From Octopus sinensis (taxonomy: Eukaryota), in the NCBI RefSeq assembly GCF_006345805.1, contig NC_042997.1:100006001-100070000 (forward strand): 64,000 bases of DNA, given 5' to 3'. A program made the translations under genes and the position numbers. Shown in pieces: positions 39,134-51,150 of the stretch (the stretch's first letter is position 1; each line of letters starts with the position of its first letter). The notes under the pieces are model-generated. The model searched no databases. It worked only from the letters and a program-made list of their open reading frames with translations, and was not told where the DNA came from.

Positions 39134-40078
39134 CTGGAAAAGAAAGAGGCATATGAAAGGAATTTACTGAAGAAACATATGTGTGATGGAAATGTTTTGG
39201 TTGGAATATGACTGAGATATTTTTATTGACACAAAAGAATTAAATTAAAGATTCTGAGTCTGTAAAACTAATAAAATTGTTTTCTCTCAGAGTGAGACAA
39301 ATAGATGAGAGAGAAAAACAATGTCAGTAAAAGATCTGCAAAGACTTCTGTGTTTGGGAGTAGAAAATAGTGCATAAATAAGAATATGGAAATTTAATTT
39401 AATAGTTTGAGACATAATCCATTGACTGAATGTAAAATATCTGCAATTAAAACTGAAACTGTAGTATGATAGAGATATAAAAAGGGATCAAAAGTAAGAA
39501 CCAGTAGGAATTGAACCCATATCATCATCATTTAATGTCCATCTTCCATGCTTGCATGAGTAGGAGGGTTGACAGGAACTAGCCAAATAGGAAAACTACC
39601 TGAGGCTACTGTGTCTCTGAATTAGTATTTTGAGGTATTAAACACTGTGATATGATAACCTACTAATATTCTATAGTCAAGCTATACTCATAGTACAGTG
39701 GCTAATGCACAACATCAACTAAGAATGGATTTAATTCCCATCAGTTATTTATGATTCTCTTTCATGCAATAACACTTGTTCAGACATCCTTAATCATTAA
39801 AATTATTATTAATAGCTAAATATTCTTAACTGGGAAAATTTATGCAATGAGGTCAATAAGAGAGCAAATTGTTTGAGAATTTAATGAATGTACACCTTGA
39901 GCTTGAGCTTAATGACAATCTAAGTTAGTTGACATGTTTGTTTGCTTCAGTACTGTGTAAGCTGGATTAAGAAAAGAAAAGAAATATATAGTAACTAAGA
40001 ATTTTGAGGAAGTTTCATAAGTTCACTCTGTATTAACCTTTTATTCTCAAAAAGAAATATACACTTGAAAATGCTTAC

Positions 40079-40092
40079 CTTTCCTACTACAC
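40079..40092 (-). other. Candidate 14-nt microexon
   Basis: GTTTTATCAG|GTGTAGTAGGAAAG|GTAAGC, with consensus sites on both sides. Confidence 0.3.
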
Positions 40093-40521
40093 CTGATAAA
40101 ACATTTCTACCTTTGTATTAACAAGACCCAGTATTGTTTGACTCATCTTTTTAGAATGTCTAACAAACAGGTTCTACATTGATGTCAAGTATTTAATAAA
40201 GAAACATTGAGACATGACTTTTTAACAATTGTGTTAAACAAGGTTTGCATTATGATTCATCTTGGAAAGATGGTGCATTTTGTGAGTATTTAGTACATAA
40301 AAACATTGGCTGCTGGTTTACTTAAGATATTTTCTGAAATTAGATCAAAATATTTCATAAAGTACTTTGGCCTCTTACCATTTTTCAGCTCTGTCATGGT
40401 AGGATTTAATAAGTAGATAGTAAATCATTGTTGTTAGCCCCAGGACACCTTGGCTAAGTAAACGTATGATCAAAAAATGAGATATGCCAGCCTTGACCCT
40501 TTCTTTTTTCCTTGCATTGCA

Positions 40522-40985
40522 TACGAAGGGGTGCTGAAAAGTTCCTGGCTTTAAGGGTACCATAAAAGGCCTGGCTGGAGGCCCGACCTTCTAAGTTCTT
40601 TTACAAGGCTTAGAAAAACTGAAGGACTGCTACAATAAGTGTGTGAATCTAAGAGGTAAATATGTTGGATAAAATCATAATTAACTGATCCTCCTATATT
40701 TTTTACCCAAAGCCAGAAACTTTTCACCACCTCTTCATATATATATATACATACACACACATACATACGAGAGTGTGCTGAAAAGATCCTGGTTTTAAGA
40801 GTATCGCAAAAGGCCTAGTTGGAGGCTTAACCTTCCAAGTTCTTATACAGGGCTTAGAAAAACTGAAGGGCCATTGCAACAAGTGTGTCAATCTGAGAGG
40901 GAAATATGTTGGATCAGATCATGATTAACTGATTCTCTTGTATTTTCTTTTACCCAAAGCCAGGAACTTTTTAGCACCCACTCCT
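40522..40985 (+). mobile_element. Two adjacent mariner-derived MITEs (40522-40739 and 40766-40985)
   Basis: Same TIRs and transposase C-terminal remnant as 3345-3565, separated by a TA/CA microsatellite. Confidence 0.85.
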
Positions 40986-41521
40986 GTTTAGGACTACACT
41001 AGTATGTCCTTGTCCTTCCTTTTTTAAAGATGCTAAGATGCATTTTGGATATTTGGATAAATATAATTATTTCTAGCAGGTTGAACAATCACGCATGGGC
41101 TTCCTCATTGGCAGGGTATGATCTAATGAAATTTGGTTACTATTTCTAGCATGTTGAGTGGCCATGTAAGATTTCTTTGGTAACTTATTATATAGATTGT
41201 TGTGGTTTTATGAAACGTCTGTGTTGCTATGCTTATGCATAATGCCTTTATATATTGTTCTGCTTATGTATAATGTCTGTATGTGTTGACATGCTTGTAT
41301 GTAATGTTTGCATATGATTCATGTTATGTGTAATGCTTATATATGTTACTATGGTCATATGAAACAGTTGTATATTACCATGGTTGTGTGTATGATGTGT
41401 ACAGATTACCATAGTTGTAAGACTTGTGTTAGTTATTATAGTTATGCATGTGTACATATTACTGTGATTACACACACTAAAGACTATTAGTAATGCATAT
41501 ATTGTACTGCATCATACTCTA

Positions 41522-41758
41522 TGTTGTAGTGAAAATGGTACACCCCTTCCCACGTGACAAAGTGGTATGACCAGCCACTATAAAGTCAGACAGAGGCCAG
41601 TAATAGTAGAGTCATTGTACGAGTTCTCAGTTGAAGTTAGTGTCAGTTACATAATATAGTCAAGTTTTAGTTACCCTCAAGGTAGATGTTTCAAAGTCAC
41701 TATTTTGTGGAGCTATCAGCAAGCCAAAGATAATAAGACATGGAAGACCACCACAACA
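41522..41758 (+). mobile_element. LTR-like segment followed by PBS-like motifs (Gypsy 5' end relic)
   Basis: TGTTGTAGTG … CACCACAACA inverted ends, then AGTGGCGAC and a second AGTGGCGATGAGGAT at ~41828. Confidence 0.5.
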
Positions 41759-41959
41759 TAATAGTGGCGACAAAAATATTACAGTGCCAACAATAACATA
41801 CATGTGGATGAGGATCCACATCATAACAGTGGCGATGAGGATATAAGCAAATTCACATGGATGACGTTGAAAAAATTTTTTTTTTCATGCCAAGGAATTT
41901 TTTAAAAAGATACATGTGAAAAAATTAACAACTCAGTAGAGGAGTAACACGTTTTGTTG

Positions 41960-42230
41960 TACACATTTTATGAAAAATCCATAAAATCATGGAAAACTTG
42001 TTAGCGGATTTAGTTGAGTCACAACTATGTGTCTTGCCTGTGATGAACCTGGTTGAAGCTCCTGTCCACCTTACCTCTTGGATGCAACATACATCAACAT
42101 GCCTCCATTCAAGCATCTCAACTATCTCGCTAGACCTACCTTTCAATGTGCCTACATTGACAGTGCCAACTCTGAAAATTAGGAAAGGGACATGGGAGGG
42201 AACATGAGAAGGAAAGATAGTATTCAGCAC
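41960..42230 (-). mobile_element. RTE LINE APE-endonuclease N-terminal fragment
   Basis: RVGTVNVGTLKGRSSEIVEMLEWRHVDVCCIQEVRWTG contains the APE motifs GTxNV and IQE. Confidence 0.85.
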
Positions 42231-42331
42231 CTGAAAAGAAGGTTTGTATATTTATAAAGTATAGTTTCTGAAAAAGTATCTCATAATCGTTTTGTTTTAA
42301 TAGATTTTTCTCTTTTCCTCTCTCTTTTCAG

Positions 42332-42352
42332 GTTGCTTGGCGCAATCTTCAG
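42332..42352 (+). other. Candidate 21-nt microexon
   Basis: 25-nt polypyrimidine tract + CAG|GTTGCTTGGCGCAATCTTCAG|GTAATC. Frame-preserving. Confidence 0.35.
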
Positions 42353-42954
42353 GTAATCAATCTGCATAAATATAAGCCAGTTTTATTCTAGTGATATTTA
42401 CTTTAATAATGGGACTAAATTCATCTAGGACGGCGAAAGGTAAAATAAAAAACAAAAGTTTATTATGTTTCCATGTTTTTATACTTATTTTCCCCTATAT
42501 TACAATTATGAAATAAAATTTACTAAAAAAAATATATATATATATATTTGATTGTCAGAAGAATTGGTGTAAATTTTTATATTGCTGATCTAATGGAAAT
42601 TTAGTTTTAAATTACTACTTTTGAGTGACATCTAGGATATAGATACTGTTTCAACTGATTTATCAAGGTAAGAGGCATGTAGCCACCTGAGTAGGATACT
42701 GTTTTTCTTTTTAGAAAATCCAAGTCAACTGTTGAAGTCATACAATAATGGTGTTAATTTTTCCAAATCATCGTAGTTTACACAAAACAAAATGGAGTTT
42801 TTGACAACCATTGCAATTTAGTACTTTAATGCATTCACGGAATGAAAACTTCATATTGTCCTTTATTTACACTGCTAATTTGTTGAAAATGAAAATATTT
42901 CAAAATTGTTGGTTTGTATATGTTTTGAACTCTTGTTTTGTGATCTGCAATATA

Positions 42955-43295
42955 GGTACAGATGTGCTATGTGGTAAGAAGCTTGCTTTCCAGTCACATA
43001 GTTCCGGGTTCAGTCCCACTGCATGGCACCTTGGGCAGTAGATTTGGTAAAGCCTTGTGAGTAGATTTGGTAAACAGAAACTGAAAGAAGCCTGTCATAT
43101 GTGTGTTTGTCAACTGGTGTTGGTGTGTTCATGTCTCTGTAACTTAGCAGTTCAGCAGAAGAGATCAATAGAATAAGTACTAGGCTTACAAATAAGTCCT
43201 GTGGTCAATTTGTTACACTAAAAACCTCTCAATGCAGTGCTTCAGCATGGCCACAGTCAAAAAGACTAAAACAAGTAAAAGAGGATAAAAGAATA
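42955..43295 (+). mobile_element. tRNA-derived SINE with GTGCTTCAGCATGGCC tail
   Basis: GTGGTAAGAAGCTTGC A-box region, GGGTTCAGTCCC B-box and AATAAGTACTAGG core. Confidence 0.8.
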
Positions 43296-46014
43296 TATTG
43301 TTGTGAATCTATCTGATGCTTTGCTCTTATCCTCCTCACCTGTTACTCTGTTCTCCATCCCTCTCACATTCCCCATCTTGTATCTTGAGGGTACAACCTG
43401 ACACCTCATCACCACCATCTTCTCTCCTTTACCTGATGGGATAACTGTGTCTACAGCACGTCATCTGTTCCTATCTCTCTATCATACTCCTGCCTCTCAA
43501 CACTTGACATAAGCTGCTTCCCTCAATATTACACACCTCTTGATCAAAGGGTCTCGTCTTGAAAGCTACTTGGTGACCTCACAAGTGCCAGTGACACACG
43601 AAAAAAAAACATTCAGTACACACTGTAAAGTGTTTAGCATTAGGAAGAGCATCAAACCATAGAAACCATGCTAAAATAGACATTAAAGCCCAACATGATC
43701 CTCTGACCTGTCAGAGTCTCTCAAACTTCCCAACCCATTCCAACATGGAATAAGGATGCTAAAGGATGATGAACTCAGTGTATAAGTTACACTCTACTAG
43801 TTTACCAATTGGCCTTCATTCTGTTGAAAATTAAACAATAAAATGAGCTAAATTTTAGGGTAATAAACATACATAAGTATATACTTAACATACCTAAACA
43901 TCTGTAGTGGTTAGATGTGTATCAGGTGAACAAATGCGATAGGAATGTGGATGCCTTTGAAGTAAACAAGTGAATGAATCAATTCATAGTTAAAATAATT
44001 TATTCACTGGACTTAATTTGTCGTTGGTACACATAATTCTTCACTACATGCATATGTTGACAACTGCTACGAGTTGCTAGAAATAGAAACAGAGTACATC
44101 TGTGGAAGTGATACGTCAGAAATGGATATGTTTGTATGTGTGTGTGTGTGCATGCGTGCATGTGTAGTTCATCTGAGACAATTGTCTACCGTGGAACTTC
44201 TTTAGATCATTTCTCTCGGTTTCTGCAGTTTGCCAAAAACCTTCTGTCATGTCGTAGACCTTTCTCGTCTGCCTCCTAGGCCTTTCTTGTCTGTCCCTCT
44301 GCTGACCACCATCTTTATAACGATTGTGGCAGCTAGAAGGACAGACATATTGCAGCAGAGATTATGCCTAAATAGGTCAGCTCCTCTTCATTTGAACTTC
44401 GCCTGACACGGCTGAGGTCATAGGTCAAAGGGAGATGATCAATCACTTTTTAACAGGACAAAGAAAACCTTTTCTAGTGCCTGGTGATCGTGGTGGTTTG
44501 GACGACTTAGAATTCTTAGATTCGGTTTCAAATCTAGGCTTGCAGAAGGAAGTGTTCATTTTTACACATCCTTTAGTCTCAAGAGATTTAGTTGTTCTTT
44601 AGATTGTCCTTTGCAAAGGCTAAGTCCTTGGTAGTACTATATGCTGGCCATATAGTGTACCTCTTTTCACTCTACAAGGCTGATGCAGACCAAGGGAAGC
44701 GATATTACTAATAAAGCTGGACATGAAAACAAAATTAAGCAGTAAGTAAAAATTAAAGTATACAAAGCTGTTGTAATTTCTTCCAAATGTGCTGCAGATC
44801 CACACAAGGTTTTATGTGGAATTCTTCCACAGAACCAAAAGAACCAAGGAACCTTGGTTCAATGACTGCGTTAAAGGCTATATCCAGCATTAAGGAATAG
44901 TACCAAAACAATAGGGCATTTGTTCCAACAAGGTGCAGGTATTGCTAGACACAAGTATGTATGTGTGATAAAACGTTTGCTCCCAACCACATGGTTCCAG
45001 GTTCAGTTGCACTCTGTGGCACTTTGGGCAAGTGTCTTGTGAGTGATTTTGTTAGACAGAAACTGAAAAAAGGCCCAGTGTGTGTGTGCACGAATGCATG
45101 CATGTGTGTGCATGAATGTGTGTATGTTTCCTTGTTTTGGCATCATATGATAATTGTAAAATGGTTGTCACTGTCATAGAAACAGTATCATTTATTTCTA
45201 ATATTCTGCAAGAGTATGTCTGGCCAAAAGGAAATATTACCTTGCATGAAAATAGGTGAGAGTTGGTGACAGGAAGGGTATCCAGCTGTAGAAAATCTGC
45301 AGGCATGGAGAAGTGGACATTAAAATGATGTTGAATAAGTGACCAGAAACTTTAACCCTTTAGCATCCAGATTACTCTGTCAAATATAATGTTCATTTAT
45401 TCATATTGTTTTGAATTAATCATGCATTATCTCATAACTCTGAGATTTTGATGATGTGATTGTTTATTTTTAGATTGACATTGTTGGGTAGGCATAAGAT
45501 GCCTGACCTAGCCAGTTTGAGCATAAAATAAGCAGAATATTTTGGGGCTGATACAGCCTATTTGAATGTTAAAGAGACTCATCAATGTAAATTTGTTAGT
45601 GCCAGAATGGTGAGCAAATCTACCATGCAGAACCCTTCCATAGCAATCTTAATGTATCACCTAAAAAGCCTTGCTTATGCAGTTCACACATTCAACTTGC
45701 AACTCGTACCTCAATCTACCAGATCTGACTACACATATGGCATTCATTGCATCTAACTGGTCACCAATGATTGAAATGCTAAATTGTTCAAGTATGAGAA
45801 CTGAAACTCTATAGAAATTATGTAAGACAGATGAATTAAGGTGGTTTATGTGGGTGTGGTATGCATATAATAGTTTTTGGAGGTAATAACTGTTGTAACC
45901 AGAATTGTAATACGATAGTAATGTGCTGGTGATTGTAGTACATAAAAGTCTGCCAATTAGTCAGGAAATGGCTTTTCTTTCCTTTCCTTTTTTTTTTTTG
46001 TGTGTTCCATACAG

Positions 46015-46045
46015 GTTTTTGTACAGTCTATATACTCTGCCTCAG
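46015..46045 (+). other. Candidate 31-nt microexon; further candidate exon at 46978-47043
   Basis: Long pyrimidine tract + TACAG acceptor and CAG|GTATAT donor. The 46978 exon has TACTTTCTGTAG acceptor and ATG|GTAAGA donor. Confidence 0.25.
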
Positions 46046-47482
46046 GTATATAAACAGTGCTCTAGTGAAGGGTACATTTGTGCCAGTAGTTGTTTAGAAC
46101 TGAAGTAGCTTCTGACTTTGAGTAGGTGCTGTTTTTTGTTTCTGTTTCATATGTGAGTACCATAAGAATTTATCAGACTGTGAAGGGATCTGAACTCAGA
46201 ACGTAAAGGGTCATAACTAAATACTGTAAATCTCAAACAATTCTGAAGCTATTTTCTCTGTTAAAATCTTATTTTGTTGAATGTGATCTTCATAACCTGA
46301 CATATTTCTTCTCTGATCTGATCTGTATACACACACACATCCACATCCATACACAGATCACCTTATACCACGAGTGTTTGAAAACCTGAAGACAGTTCAC
46401 TTACACAAAAACTTTTCTGTCAGGTTTGTGTTAATAAGCTTTTTTGAACAACTTTTTATATAATTAGTTTTTGATTAAAAACATCTTTTTTCAAAAAAAA
46501 CACACACACACACAAAAATAAAAATACATACATACACACATTGAGAAATTAGGCTTCTCAAAACCAGAAAAGAGAAAGCTAATTCAAAGACTACAGATCC
46601 AAGCCAGCACTAGAACTGTAAAAATTTGTAAAACTTTCCAGAAGTTTATCATTTAAGTATATATGAACATGTCTAGACATGCAACTATATGCATAAGAAT
46701 ACATACATAAAACAAAACATACGAATCTGCACATATATATACATACATACAAAAATACCCTTTGGGTGTTGTTGAAATTCCAATGAAGAAGCCTTGGATC
46801 TAGGTTAGAAACTGGCGCTTTCTCTCTTGGCAAGAAATCTTGAATAAACTGAATAATGACATTCATATATACACACATACTAAGCAACCTAAAATTGACA
46901 GGATCAATCAACAATATCAAAGATGACAAAGCAAAAAAATAACACATAATCATTTATTTTGCATATACTTTCTGTAGAAATCTTTACACAGTCTGTAAAG
47001 AAAATATGACATTGATTACAATGCAAAAATTGCCAATGATATGGTAAGAGATATTTACTGTGTAAAAACATGAAGTTAAATAACAATGTGAGAAGTGTTT
47101 GATCATTGAACTTCTCTGTTCTTGAAACCTGATCTGTTTAATGCATACAATAATTGTGTGTATGTGTGTGTGTGTGCATTTATGCACCTGCATGCATACT
47201 CTTGTAGTATCATGTAGTATTTTGTTTGTGTGCATATTTGCATGCATGGTGTGATTTGGCTGCTATTTCTAGTATAATTTTGTTAATTTCAGTTCATTTT
47301 TATATATGAAGGTAAATGTAAAAATTTTCATGCCTCCTAGATGCATATATATGTGAATCAACTACTTGATCAATTGCTGTTTCTTGAATCAACAGCTAAG
47401 TTATTGTTGTTCTATATTTAAGAGATGAGGAATTATGTACCTTATTTACAGTTGATGGATATTTGTCCTCATCTTGTTTGTT

Positions 47483-47532
47483 GTTAACATGTTTCAGCTA
47501 ATATACCCTCCAGCCTTCATCAGGTGTCTTGG
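47483..47532 (-). ncRNA. Minimal type I hammerhead-like motif (core intact, stem III/I damaged)
   Basis: CCAAGACAC-CTGATGA-AGGCTG(GAGGGTATAT)TAGCT-GAAA-CATGTT. Lacks 3 nt after GAAA relative to the sister copy. Confidence 0.55.
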
Positions 47533-47757
47533 GGAAATTTCGAACCTGGGTTCTCATCCCTAAGGTATTTTTCGATGGTGGTGGTGATGATGATGATATT
47601 GTTGTTCAGGCCCTTGGGCATATAGGCATAGTGGTTAAGAGCATGGGCTACTAACCCCAAGATTCTGAGTTCGATTCCAGGCAGTGAGCTAAATAATAAT
47701 ATTAATATCAACATCGAAAAATACCTTGAGAATGAAAACCCAGGTTCGAAATTTCCC

Positions 47758-47806
47758 CAAGTCACCTGATGAAGGCTGGTGGGTATATCAGCCAAAACGT
47801 TGTGTT
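47758..47806 (+). ncRNA. Minimal type I hammerhead-like motif with G12>A
   Basis: GTCAC-CTGATGA-AGGCTG(GTGGGTATAT)CAGCC-AAAA-CG-TT-GTGTT. Palindromic ACGT stem III. GTGTT can pair with the 5' strand. Confidence 0.55.
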
Positions 47807-47852
47807 AACAACAAACAAGATGAGGACAAATATCTGTCAAATGTAAATAATG

Positions 47853-50800
47853 TAAGTTATTGTTATTATTATACAAATGTGACTTAGTTAATGAATCTAG
47901 GATCCCCTCTGCCTTCTTTCAGTATCTAGTTTGCCAAGGCTAATGCACTGGAACAGCTAAGCACTCTCATGAGCCTCACCAGTTACTCTACTAGGCGAGT
48001 TGCCCATGAACAAAGGAAACTCACAGTTAGTGGTCTGACCCCAACCAAATGTCTCAAATGCCATAGGATGGAAAATGTAGTTGGTCAACAGATTGCAGTA
48101 TTTCAGGATTTTGTTCAGTTCGGCCACAGAAGCTGTAGATCTCACCCTGACTGCAGCATCCAGGATGTGAGAAAATGCAAAGGAGTTGCTAACTGTGACA
48201 TCTCAGACAAGGCATCTGCCTCATGACCAATGGCACAAGGTGAGGCTATCAGGTCCTTTCCCATCACATCTGGACAATCCAGATGGTTCTAAGATGAAGG
48301 GAATGTTTGCTCAGGCCAAGCTCATCTTGAGTATAAGGTTCAACTTTGTATGACACATGAAGCGACCAGCATTCAGGTGGCAAGAAGGACCATGGAGGCC
48401 TGTGGAGTCGAGGAGCCTGCCACAAAGACAGATCAAACCCATGCATACGTCAGCTCCCACTCTGAGGGCAATGGAGACACAAAGTTTGTCCAAGCTGAGT
48501 AGGCCACCAACATTAGCCACAGGGATGGCATTAATCCGGTCACCTGAGTATTTGGCGCCAGCAGACAGTAAGCAGCACCCTGAAAACTAGTCCAACTGGA
48601 TGAAGAAGTTGAAGCTGGCCTTCAAAATTATGTTGTCCTCAGCTCTCTGACTCCAACAGTCCGCCACCTTCTCAGGAGTAGACAAACCCAATTCCTTCCA
48701 GTGTTGGAGAGGTCCACCAGGATGGAGCAGGCATGAGTGGAGGAAAGGAAGCAGGGGGGAGAGAGGGACGAACACTTATGAAGACCAAGACCCCCAAATC
48801 ACTTGGGCAATGCAGCCTGATTGTGGGACATTAGAGAGAGTCTGACATTGACCAAGCATTTGAGTCTCTCAAAGATTAGGTTGTCAAAGCATTAGAGGCA
48901 CAATGGGAATCGGTAAGATGAGCTGACTCTGAGCAAATATAGAAGCTTAGGGATCAAGAGGTAATTCCTAAGTATGAAGAAACCTTGATGGGGTTTGATG
49001 GCTTCAATATTTTTCAGCAATTGTTCAAGGGCAGCCACTTTTGACTGGAAGATGGACTCAAAGGCAAGGTCAGTGATTGAGGCTCCTAAGAAGCACCAAG
49101 CCTATGGGGGATGGACTGTAATGGAAGGGAAGGACTCAGCAAAAAGGTCAATCATTGGTTGATGTTGAGAAGCCAGGTGGTTGAGGATCCAGAGCTCACA
49201 TTTGCAACTATTTACTTGGAGATCCCAGTGACCAAGCTCCCCAACCATCATGTTTGCAATGGCAAGAACCCTGTCTGAAAGTCCCTGCAAACAAGCATCA
49301 TTGAGATACCAAACATTGAGGTCTAGCTCAACCCCCATCTTGGTGATATCATCAATGCCCAGAGCGGGCCCAAGTGGGTTGCCCTGTTGGTCTCCTGAGG
49401 TGATGATGATTTGGTCACTGAAAGAGATAGGAGGGTTCCCGATAAGCTTGCCATGCAAGGCGGTAGAGTTGTGGGACCTTCTCTCTTACTGAGCTGAGGA
49501 CAGCATTGCGGTTGATGGAGTTAAAGGCATTCTTAAGGTCAAGTTTGAGGATGACCTTGGGTGACAAGGAGAGCAAGTTGGCATAGGCTCTGATAGTGTG
49601 AACAGCAGCTTCACATCCCAATTTGGTGCCCACTCCTAGCTGGGTGGGGGAAAAATTACTCCTCCAATATGCTAGAGACCAATTGTAAGCACACCTTTGC
49701 AGTGAGATGGCGAAGGGTGCAGCCAACCGCAATGGGGCACAGGTCTCCATTGTGCTTAGTGAGCCCAAATAATTTTGCACTAAAGAATAGGACGTTCACT
49801 GAAGAGAACTGGTTCACAAACTGAGTCAAATTTTCCAAAAGTTCAAGTCCAGTGTCAACTGCTGTTAAGGAGATACCGTCCTTGAGGTGTTGAGGCTAAA
49901 GGCCATCAATTCCTGCACCTGAACCAGCAGCGAAGGATGAAACTGCCTTTCTGATGTTATCAGAGGTGAAGACCGGTCTCAAGTATTCTGGGAGATCGGG
50001 CCAGTTTAGTTAATTATCTGAGGGTGCCAATGAGTGCTTCTCTTTCAGACATCTAAGAGACTCAGAGTTACACAGAGCAAGGGAGGACAGAGGAGAAAGG
50101 AGATGGACAGCCTCTTTTATTGAAAATTTGCTGAATTTGGCATTGACTGCGCGCTTGAAGTTTATCAGTTGCCTGTCGATAGGCTCCGTGCTCAATGTCA
50201 AATTGAGGTGAGAAGTAGTCAGGGTGGACTCAAATAACTAGAACTGTCACTTGAGAGAGGATATAAGGGAGCCTGATTTCACATCGTGCACGTGGAGAGA
50301 GATGTGAGGGAATAGAAACAGTTTCTGCCAGTTGAACGCATTGTTGGATAAACATACATTTTTCAACAAGCTGGAGAGCATGTGAGCAAAGTTATTCCAA
50401 GCTCCCTTGGGGATCTGGTTAATGAGCTTCAATTTAGATAAACCCTGGAGGGCTGCAGCAAAGTCCTCAGTAGAGAGCTGGTTGTTGGAGTGTGAGGCAT
50501 CTCCAAGGAGTGCATTGGGGCTGAAATGGCACTGACTGCAGGTCCTGTGTGGAAGACGTTCGGCTTGAGCCTTGGTGATGTGGACACAACTCCTGTAGTA
50601 ATTTTGGCGGCACCGGTGACAATTAATTGCCTTTAGGTATCAGCTAGTGCAAGTACAGTTAGGTGGTGCGCTAGTATTGAGCGATAGGTGAGGAACTCAA
50701 TTGAGGAAGTGAGTTAGCAGAGGAGGCAGGGTAAGCAGGCAGCATTGGTTCCAACGGCTAGACTAGAACAGAGGTCGGGTAGTGTGGGGAGAGAGTTAAA

Positions 50801-51150
50801 AGTTGTAGGAGTGGTGAATTTGGCAGGGTTAATTCCGTTTAGAACCCGTGGTGGAGAGAGGTTAGCTTCTCTCGAGCATACCAAAGTTGGTGGAGAATGA
50901 GAGGTCAGTGGTTGATCTATTTTCACATAGTCGCTCCACCAAGCAGGTCTCTTGGTCGTTTGACACATGCCTCCGCCACCAAGAATAGATAGGTTAAAGT
51001 GGTGGCAACCCCATCAAGCACCAGTTGCCAGTGGTTGGGAGAGAAAGCAAGAATATACAAGAATAAGGGGGGGGGCTAAGAGAGGGGGAAAAAGGTAGCA
51101 AAACTTTACAGAGCGTTATCAGAAACGTTTAAAGAGTCACACACATGCGA
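47853..51150 (-). mobile_element. Near full-length degenerate CRE-clade (RT + restriction-like endonuclease) non-LTR retrotransposon
   Basis: N-terminal Cys-rich finger (CHRCRQNY..C.H….CSQCH). RT motifs PIAVGCTLRHLTAKVC, QLGVGTKLGCEAAVH, KLDLKNAFNSI, GDQQGNPLGP and WYLND. C-terminal CCHC plus KYCNL…FHPMAFETFG. (AAT)-rich 3' tail. Many stops and frameshifts. Confidence 0.85.

Larger units (their letters stand above)
47444..47848 (+). mobile_element. tRNA-headed, Penelope-pLTR-like short element with an inverted headless copy fused at its 5' end
   Basis: Arms 47444-47577(-) and 47712-47848(+) are ~90% complementary by eye. Pol III head 47610-47690 (TAGTGGTTAAG; GAGTTCGATTCC). Confidence 0.75.

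Noticed and set aside
47610-47690. Functional tRNA gene (also the other SINE heads)
   Set aside because: A and B boxes are present, but there is no complete cloverleaf acceptor stem or terminator, and each continues into a repeat body.
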